From contig JBEKGO010000050.1 in NCBI GenBank assembly GCA_050012755.1, positions 1 to 10,638 of the forward strand: DNA of 10,638 nucleotides, given 5' to 3'. Positions 1 to 5,698 of this stretch are shown here, one piece after another. Every line of letters starts with the position of its first letter. Position 1 is the stretch's first letter. Origin of the DNA: Candidatus Bathyarchaeia archaeon (GTDB lineage: Archaea; Thermoproteota; Bathyarchaeia; Bathyarchaeales; Bathycorpusculaceae). Position numbers and translations under genes: made by a program. The notes under the pieces were generated by a model. That model searched no databases. It was given only the letters and a program-made list of their open reading frames with translations, and was not told where the DNA came from.

Positions 1-746
1 ATGCTTTCTAAATTGCGTAAGCCTTCATTAATTCGATTTATGTCAACTCTTGAGCCTGCAAGATAAAGAGGCGGTCCACCAAGCATAATGAGGTCTGGCT
101 CAGTGTCCAAAATCAACTCCAACGTGTGTTTTGACATTGGCCCTTGAACATCAGGTGCAAACATGAACCGTTCACCTTCATGCTCAATTATCGCCATTAT
201 CACCCAACCGAGCATCGCATCTTCAGAGCCATGAACCACAGCATCAGAAAATCGAACCAATGTACTGCCGAAAGCAAAGGCTTTTCCATCGGCCAATTCT
301 AACTTCTTAGCATATTTGCCTCCTGTTTTTTGGAAAACCCATGCCCTTTCTCTTTGGCTGGCATTTATTTTGTCTCGGGGGTTTTTCATGAGCACCTTTT
401 TACCATTGTAGATTTGCTGTGCAGTTTCGTTTGGTTCTGTCCAGTTTACAACCCAATCCTCGAATGATGGGGTATGATGGTCAAAGTGGTAGTGGCTTAT
501 TGTTACAGCCTCTGCTTTGTCTGCGGCTTCAGCTATTTTTTTGCGCAGTTTACTTATTGTCTGAAACTCAATAGGATGTGGCGGCAAGCCAAAACGATAG
601 GGGCAGAGTGATATTCCAGCATCCAAAAGCACGGTAACGTCTGGGGTTTCTGCTAGTGTGCACATAGAGCGGACGCCGAAGCTTTCAGCTGCCAAAGGAG
701 TGACTTTGATTTTGTTGAGTGCTTTTTTGGGTTTTTCTTTTTCCAT
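1..746 (-). CDS. UPF0282/COG2248-family metallo-beta-lactamase-fold hydrolase, 3' end outside the window
   Basis: Manual translation from ATG at 746: MEKEKPKKALNKIKVTPLAAESFGVRSMCTLAETPDVTVLLDAGISLCPYRFGLPPHPIEF...TISHYHFDHHTP...IMLGGPPLYLAGSRVDINRINEGLRNLES. It has the HxHxDH metal motif and the family-typical AAESxGVRS, RFGLPPHP and GGPPxYL motifs. The N-terminal and left-edge segments are in the same frame and no stop is reached, which explains its absence from the ORF track. Confidence 0.92.
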   Translation of the reverse strand, partial: MEKEKPKKALNKIKVTPLAAESFGVRSMCTLAETPDVTVLLDAGISLCPYRFGLPPHPIEFQTISKLRKKIAEAADKAEAVTISHYHFDHHTPSFEDWVVNWTEPNETAQQIYNGKKVLMKNPRDKINASQRERAWVFQKTGGKYAKKLELADGKAFAFGSTLVRFSDAVVHGSEDAMLGWVIMAIIEHEGERFMFAPDVQGPMSKHTLELILDTEPDLIMLGGPPLYLAGSRVDINRINEGLRNLES

Positions 747-801
747 ATTTAGCCTCACGCTTAAGACCCATTACTGGTTGGCTAAGATGATTTTAGAAAA
801 A

Positions 802-1053
802 TTAGGGTTTGCCAAACCATTTCTCAAGCCATTCTTCGAATGCTGAAATGCATTCTTTGCGCCAAGCCCGGTCTGACTCTTCCTTCAAACAGCTTGCAAG
901 CTCCAGTCGATTGGTAATTTCTGCCTTTGCATTTTCAATCAACGCTTCAACATCATCAAGCATGTCGTTGCCGCCAGCAGAATAATCTTTCACTGATGAC
1001 TTCAGAAAAGCCCTTTTTTGCTTAATTAATTGTTCAATTCTTCCTTCGGTCAT
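802..1053 (-). CDS. Hypothetical small alpha-helical protein (83 aa)
   Basis: ATG preceded by GAGGA about 8 nt upstream; charged, amphipathic composition; C-terminal WLEKWFG; co-oriented with the hydrolase gene, 55 nt upstream of it. Confidence 0.65.
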   Translation of the reverse strand: MTEGRIEQLIKQKRAFLKSSVKDYSAGGNDMLDDVEALIENAKAEITNRLELASCLKEESDRAWRKECISAFEEWLEKWFGKP

Positions 1054-1341
1054 AATATTTGTCCTCTTAAACGGTTAATCGGCAGCCGTCTTTAAAAAAG
1101 GTAACATTTTCTTGAATTAACTCTAAAACAATTGCACTTGTTTACAAGAAAAAGATTGTACTAATACTAGGTAAATGGAAAGGTTATTGGGCTTATTACC
1201 TCCGAATATACGCAGAATTCGCATATGTTTTTGAAAAGGGCAAAGCGCTTTTAAAGGTGTGAATAAAAGAGGCCTGCAAAGACGTTTCTAAGAAGATGCT
1301 TTTTGTTTAATGTTCTCTAGAAACCTTCAATTGAAACTTTT

Positions 1342-1452
1342 TTAATTATCGATGGTCCAATGGTATTTTGTGTATTTATGCTTAACTTCTGGGCCCTTCT
1401 TCCAAATTTTGTCATAGCCTGCAAATAATTGTTTGTTTGATGTTTTCTTCAC
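1342..1452 (-). CDS. Candidate 36-aa micro-protein (MKKTSNKQLFAGYDKIWKKGPEVKHKYTKYHWTIDN)
   Basis: GTG start with GGGTTGGTG 5 nt upstream and a TATA-like ATTATATA (minus strand, about 1491-1498) at promoter-compatible distance. No homology recognised. Confidence 0.35.
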   Translation of the reverse strand: MKKTSNKQLFAGYDKIWKKGPEVKHKYTKYHWTIDN

Positions 1453-1705
1453 TGTTACACCAACCCAGAATATTAACACTGAAGATTCAATATATAATCC
1501 TCATTTCAAATTCGGAATATATCAAAAATCGATACAAGTTTACTATTTACACCGCCTTTCCTTATAGTTTGTTTTACTTCTTCCTTCAACATTATGGTTT
1601 TTGTATCAATTATATGGCTTTTTTAGTTTAAACCAGTAGCTTAAAAATATTATTTCTTATTAATTTGCTGAAAAGCATTAACATCCAGTTTTGAAAGTAG
1701 CGGAT

Positions 1706-1783
1706 TGGTGCGGTTGCCGAGATTTGAACCCGGGTCGTCAGCGTGGCAGGCTGATGTCCTAGACCAAACTAGACTACAACCGC
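1706..1783 (-). tRNA. tRNA-Gly(GCC), intron-less, with genomically encoded CCA
   Basis: Reverse complement: GCGGTTGTAGTCTAGTTTGGTCTAGGACATCAGCCTGCCACGCTGACGACCCGGGTTCAAATCTCGGCAACCGCACCA. Acceptor stem GCGGTTG/CAACCGC, anticodon stem TCAGC/GCTGA with loop CT-GCC-AC, T-loop TTCAAAT, discriminator A, then CCA. Confidence 0.97.
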
Positions 1784-1837
1784 ACATTCATGGATTTTTC
1801 TGGTCCAGTGACCAGTCTCGATAGTTCATGTTCACGT

Positions 1838-1854
1838 CTTTATTTAGCTTTTCT
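1838..1854 (-). promoter_or_regulatory. Putative BRE-TATA promoter of tRNA-Gly
   Basis: Minus strand AGAAAAGCTAAATAAA: purine-rich BRE followed by a TATA-like box, about 55-70 nt upstream of the mature 5' end. Confidence 0.4.
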
Positions 1855-1982
1855 GTAGAAGCTTATCCCATGTTTGTTGGTCTAACCTAATCGAACCAAC
1901 TTCTATTAACATTGTTTTTGGGTGAAAGTTTCCCAACTTTGGTTGTTCCAATTAAATTGCAACTTTTCTTCTTTTGTTATTT

Positions 1983-1998
1983 GGAAATGCTTATATTA
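1983..1998 (+). promoter_or_regulatory. Putative BRE-TATA promoter for the DUF3227-like and receiver genes
   Basis: GGAAATGCTTATATTA. The same 10-mer AATGCTTATA (1986-1995) recurs at 4822-4831 upstream of the zinc-ribbon micro-ORF. Confidence 0.45.
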
Positions 1999-2024
1999 TG
2001 GTTTATCAATACATAATATTCAGT

Positions 2025-2046
2025 ATATGTCCGAAAACGGACATAT
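2025..2046. repeat. Perfect 9-bp inverted repeat ATATGTCCG-AAAA-CGGACATAT (operator or 5' UTR hairpin)
   Basis: Read directly; lies about 30 nt downstream of the TATA-like box at 1990-1998. Confidence 0.8.
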
Positions 2047-2186
2047 TGTATACTCGCAGAACAGCAAAACTGTTCAACAAATAAACACATGGAGAGAAGA
2101 AAAAAATTTAGGAGGAAAAGTTTCTGGACCAAAAGAACATCAAAGATTCATTAACAACAACTTCAACCTCAAGCAATGAGCCCATC

Positions 2187-2645
2187 TTGATAGACACAGA
2201 AATCTTTGAATCACAGGAAACAGAAGAAACAAATATTGACAGTAGGAAAGACTCAATACCGAATGAAATTGCAGCTCAAAGAAGATTTGATGAATATCTA
2301 ATCGAAGCAATTGATGAAGCATTAACGTCCCTGGGAGCACCAGTCAAAAACACAATATACTTTCAGCTAGAAAATAACTTTAATATACCAAAAAACGAAA
2401 TTTCACAGCAAATCGATAAATTTAGTGATATTATACATAAGATTTTTAGTTTTGGCGCAAATCGTCTCGAAATCATGGTTATTCAAAATCTCTGCTCGAA
2501 AATAAAGGTCAATGTTGAATTAACTGAGTACAAATGGCCTTTGTCTAAGTGGATAATAAATGACATATCCTTTGTGGAATACGTTTACAATGCACGTAAA
2601 AATTATTGCAGAAACGAAAAATGCGCAGAGAGCTGCCCGGCATGA
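2187..2645 (+). CDS. DUF3227/NitrOD5-like archaeal signalling-associated domain protein, paralog 1 (true start may be CTG at 2124)
   Basis: Core FDEYLIEAIDEALTSLGAPVKNTIYFQLENNFNIPKNEI...IFSFGANRLEIMVIQNL matches my recollection of this archaeal helical family. 40 of 77 residues are identical, ungapped, to the 8035-8385 protein (hand count). The CDS is well supported; the family name is less certain. Confidence 0.8.
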   Translation: MIDTEIFESQETEETNIDSRKDSIPNEIAAQRRFDEYLIEAIDEALTSLGAPVKNTIYFQLENNFNIPKNEISQQIDKFSDIIHKIFSFGANRLEIMVIQNLCSKIKVNVELTEYKWPLSKWIINDISFVEYVYNARKNYCRNEKCAESCPA

Positions 2646-2715
2646 TGGTTTCAGGTAATCAAGCAATTTATGGTAATCTAATGTTGGTGCTTGAAAGGGA
2701 AGGAGGAGAATAAGT

Positions 2716-3159
2716 TTGGATAAGTATGTTAGAATCTTGGTCGTTGACGATGACGAAAGAATAAGAAGAACCATGCAAAGCATACTTGAAAATGAAGGGT
2801 ACCTTGTAGATTTGGCGATCACTGGCTATGAAGCAATCGAAATGTCTCAAAAAACAGCTTACAACATTGCCCTTTTGGACATTCGATTGCCCGACATTGA
2901 AGGTATAGAACTTCTGGAATTGATGAAGGACAACGTACCCAAGACCAGAAAAATAATGATTACAGGATACCCGTCAATGCAGAACGCGATATCAGCATTA
3001 AATAAGCAAGCCGACTTGTACTTAGTTAAGCCTGTTGATGTTGACAAATTACTCAACTTGGTGAGAGAGCAGTTGCAATTACAGAAAGAAGAAGAGATTT
3101 TCTGTGAACAAAAAGTAGTCGAGTTCATTGAAACAAGAGCCAAAGTGGCAACTACATAA
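2716..3159 (+). CDS. Stand-alone response regulator receiver (REC, CheY-like fold) with a short charged C-terminal tail
   Basis: ILVVDDD acidic pocket, phosphoacceptor in LLDIRLPD, conserved T in ITGY, K in YLVKP; TTG start with GGAGG upstream; no DNA-binding output domain. Confidence 0.95.
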   Translation: MDKYVRILVVDDDERIRRTMQSILENEGYLVDLAITGYEAIEMSQKTAYNIALLDIRLPDIEGIELLELMKDNVPKTRKIMITGYPSMQNAISALNKQADLYLVKPVDVDKLLNLVREQLQLQKEEEIFCEQKVVEFIETRAKVATT

Positions 3160-3210
3160 CATTCAGACAGGCGATGTAGCCAATTATTACGTATTTTTCG
3201 GTTATGTGAG

Positions 3211-3248
3211 TTTTATTTTTACGAAATAAAATATCTTCGTTTTCGTAA
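3211..3248. repeat. Overlapping inverted repeats upstream of tfb
   Basis: TTACGAAA (3219-3226) and TTTCGTAA (3241-3248) with a 14-nt spacer; TTTTATTT (3211-3218) and AAATAAAA (3224-3231). Confidence 0.55.
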
Positions 3249-3507
3249 CCCTCTCTACTTCTCAAGTTAGTTGCTTGTGCGAACAGCCCCAGCGGTGCGA
3301 AAAATGTGCCCTGAATAGGTAAATATCCCCATCAAGACGTCTACGAGTAGTGTCGCCCATTCAAATTGTTTAAAAAACAAGTCATGTATAATAGGCACGC
3401 CTTCACCTATTAAGTATGCGCAGATCGCATTACCACTTTTTCTTAGTGCCGAACGCGGGGGATTTTTTGACTTAGTGACGATTCTGGGCAAATAATGAGT
3501 TGGAAAA

Positions 3508-4482
3508 ATGAGTGTAAAACAAGTAAGTGTAACCAAAGAAGTAAATAAAACGCCTCAGCGTTTAGCTGATAAATGCCCAGAATGTGAAAGCAAGAATCTT
3601 GTTCACGACTATGACTCAGGCGAAACCATATGCGGTGACTGTGGTCTTGTTTTGTATGAGCAGATGTTAGACAAAGGGCCTGAGTGGCGCGCTTTTACTC
3701 AGGAAGAGAAAACTTCACGAAGCCGCGTTGGTATGCCAACTTCATATTCAATTCATGATAAAGGATTATCCACAACCATTAGCCAAGTTGACAGAGATGC
3801 ATTTGGAAGAAAACTGCCCATTTCCACTAGATTACAGATGTGGCGTCTTAGGAAATGGCAAATACGCAGTCGAGTGCATTCATCAATCGATCGAAACCTT
3901 GCCCAAGCAATGGCTGAACTTGAACGTTTATCAAGCAAAGTTTCCATCTCACCACCAATAAAAGAAAAAGCCGCAGTAATTTATCGCAGGGCATTAGACA
4001 AAACATTAGTCCGCGGAAGATCAATTAACGCTATCGCTGCAGCGGCACTTTATGCTGCTTGCCGCAAAAGCGGATCGCCCAGAACCCTTCGTGAAATCTC
4101 TGAAGCAAGTCTTGTAGACAAGAAAGATGTCGCCCGATGCTATAGACTGCTGCTGCAAGAACTCGATTTTCATATGCCAGTTTCTGACCCATTAACTTAC
4201 GTTTCAAAAATTGCAGAAAAGAATGGAGTGTCAGGCAAAACACAAGGCACTGCCATAGCAATGCTGAGAGAGGCTAGACTAAAACGATTTTCAGCAGGAA
4301 AAGATCCAATGGGCATGGCGGCAGCTGCACTATACATAGCTTGTCTCCAGAATAACGAAAAGATAACACAAAAAGACATCGCAGAAGCTGCGGGAGTCAC
4401 AGAAGTTACAGTTAGAAACAGATACAAGGCACTAAAGAAGCAGCTGAAGATTGAAACACCCAATCAAAAAGAGTGTTTTTAG
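3508..4482 (+). CDS. tfb: Transcription initiation factor IIB (TFB), full length
   Basis: Zn ribbon CPEC...CGDCG, B-reader GPEWRAF, two cyclin repeats (GRSINAIAAAALYAACR; GKDPMGMAAAALYIAC), and the BRE-binding HTH TQKDIAEAAGVTEVTVRNRYK. Confidence 0.98.
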   Translation: MSVKQVSVTKEVNKTPQRLADKCPECESKNLVHDYDSGETICGDCGLVLYEQMLDKGPEWRAFTQEEKTSRSRVGMPTSYSIHDKGLSTTISQVDRDAFGRKLPISTRLQMWRLRKWQIRSRVHSSIDRNLAQAMAELERLSSKVSISPPIKEKAAVIYRRALDKTLVRGRSINAIAAAALYAACRKSGSPRTLREISEASLVDKKDVARCYRLLLQELDFHMPVSDPLTYVSKIAEKNGVSGKTQGTAIAMLREARLKRFSAGKDPMGMAAAALYIACLQNNEKITQKDIAEAAGVTEVTVRNRYKALKKQLKIETPNQKECF

Positions 4483-4555
4483 TCTCCTTTGTTTTTGGCT
4501 CCGAAAACTCTATTGAATTGTCTATAGAAGATCAGGAACAGATTTACAAAGGAGA
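4483..4555. repeat. Perfect 10-bp inverted repeat TCTCCTTTGT...ACAAAGGAGA with a 53-nt spacer
   Basis: Arms at 4483-4492 and 4546-4555; the first arm begins immediately after the tfb stop codon. Confidence 0.75.
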
Positions 4556-4591
4556 ATGAATAATTCATTTTATCTGAAGGCAGGCTTTGCG

Positions 4592-4717
4592 ATGAGTAAA
4601 AGAGGAGAAACAGGAGAACAAGATCGGGGAAAACCTCAGCCCCGAAAAAAGAAAGAACGGGAAGATGCCCGCAAGAAGAAGAAACTTGAAAGAGTAGAAA
4701 GACAAAAATCAAGATAA
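4592..4717 (+). CDS. Candidate small basic protein, 41 aa (53 aa from the in-frame ATG at 4556)
   Basis: MSKRGETGEQDRGKPQPRKKKEREDARKKKKLERVERQKSR; 18 of 41 residues are K or R. It accounts for the purine-rich tract and is co-oriented with tfb. Confidence 0.55.
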   Translation: MSKRGETGEQDRGKPQPRKKKEREDARKKKKLERVERQKSR

Positions 4718-4872
4718 GCTAGATAGGACAATCTTAGGTGCAACACGTTCGTTTGCAGTGTTCCGCTTCTTTACAAAATGAATCTGTAAGTCACCTCTGT
4801 CTGTAAACAACCAATAAAGGGAATGCTTATACTGAGGTCGATTCTAACATCATCGGAGGAAGATGATAAAAC

Positions 4873-5004
4873 TTGACTTTTATTTTTAAAGAACATTATT
4901 TTAAAAACGGTTGGGACTGTAGTAAGTGTGGCAAGATGACGGAGCATCATAAAGAGGGAAAAGGTGCAAACGCTAAATTAGTTTGCACAGTATGCGGGTC
5001 ATAG
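4873..5004 (+). CDS. Candidate C4 zinc-ribbon micro-protein, 43 aa
   Basis: TTG start; MTFIFKEHYFKNGWDCSKCGKMTEHHKEGKGANAKLVCTVCGS has two CxxCG knuckles; GGAGG at 4855-4859 and a BRE-TATA-like GGGAATGCTTATA at 4819-4831. Confidence 0.7.
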   Translation: MTFIFKEHYFKNGWDCSKCGKMTEHHKEGKGANAKLVCTVCGS

Positions 5005-5136
5005 GCAATCAATAAATGTGTGCATAGGCAGGGGCACACAAACACTAAAATTTTCAAGACCCAAAAAATGTTTTGTGATTTTGTTTAAGGTTTGAGAGTA
5101 TATAAATACCTGCCCCTTTCTTTTGCAAAATTATTA

Positions 5137-5529
5137 ATGTCGGTTGTCAGCATAGACCAACTTATGCCAGCAATGTCCGAAATCTTTGTTCTTGAGTTTG
5201 AACTTGGTTTTGGATTCTTAGGTGGGCTTTTTACGCACTTTGGAATTGACTCAGAAAAAGGAGTCATCGTGGTTTTTTTGAAGAGTTTACTTTCGTTTAG
5301 TAATTTCTTGCTTTTTCTCCTAATTATTCTAGTCGGCGCAGCTGCTACAGCTATAGGAATTTTAGCTGTATTCGCCGATCTTGGAAAATTGGGACTTTTC
5401 GTCATTGGAAGCGTGTGGATTTCTGGCCTAATTATACCCAATGGTGGACCCATCGCTGTAATCGGTGAGTTTCTCCTCGTAGGGGCAATCCTTTTGGGAC
5501 CTGTTGTCTATGATATTCAAAATAAGTAA
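5137..5529 (+). CDS. Hypothetical integral membrane protein (about 3-4 TM helices)
   Basis: Long hydrophobic, Gly-rich segments. A TATA-like TATATAAATA at 5099-5108 lies inside the track's 5092 start, so an ATG at 5137, 5164 or 5173 is more likely. Confidence 0.7.
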   Translation: MSVVSIDQLMPAMSEIFVLEFELGFGFLGGLFTHFGIDSEKGVIVVFLKSLLSFSNFLLFLLIILVGAAATAIGILAVFADLGKLGLFVIGSVWISGLIIPNGGPIAVIGEFLLVGAILLGPVVYDIQNK

Positions 5530-5698
5530 TTTTTCTACTTTCAGGCGAAGAATTCATTTTCACTAACCCCTCTGCTGCGTCATTGTGTCGTTTCGGCGTT
5601 TTTCTTTTAAAGGATTTTGAGAATAAGCGCAAGTCCTTTGATTCAGACATGGAATAGCCAGGGCTTAATTGTTAATGCTAAGGGGGGAGAAGATTTGA

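Noticed and set aside
658-846. 62-aa plus-strand ORF
   Set aside because: Antisense to the hydrolase start and to the 3' end of the 802-1053 gene.
1437-1631. 64-aa plus-strand ORF
   Set aside because: F/Y/I-rich translation typical of AT-rich non-coding DNA; no SD.
1800-1815. Small hairpin CTGGTC-CAGT-GACCAG in the tRNA leader
   Set aside because: A single 6-bp stem is expected by chance, and I see no bulge-helix-bulge or split-tRNA signature.
1922-2179. 85-aa plus-strand ORF
   Set aside because: Runs across the TATA-like box, palindrome and SD of the next gene; no recognisable protein features.
2140-3143. Minus-strand ORFs 2140-2340, 2520-2822, 2668-2850 and 2859-3143
   Set aside because: Antisense shadows of the DUF3227-like and receiver genes.
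3267-4463. ORFs 3267-3536, 3728-3961, 3753-3947, 4031-4261 and 4197-4463
   Set aside because: Overlap tfb or its start in alternative frames or antisense, with no motifs.
3508-4482. TFB as a TFB3-like damage-induced truncated paralog, given the nearby polB2
   Set aside because: It retains the B-reader, both cyclin repeats and the HTH, whereas Sulfolobales TFB3 is truncated.
4479-4712. 77-aa hydrophobic minus-strand ORF
   Set aside because: F/L/S richness is the mirror image of the purine-rich plus strand; the plus-strand basic ORF is more plausible, though neither is proven.
5085-5650. Minus-strand ORFs 5085-5453 and 5432-5650
   Set aside because: Antisense to the membrane-protein gene, which has a TATA-like box and a coherent TM pattern.
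5530-5698. Possible remnant of arCOG07300, or a Sulfolobus-type ANTTTC damage-response box (ACTTTC near 5537), upstream of polB2
   Set aside because: The open plus-strand frame I translated shows no resemblance to that family, and a single 6-mer in AT-rich DNA is uninformative.
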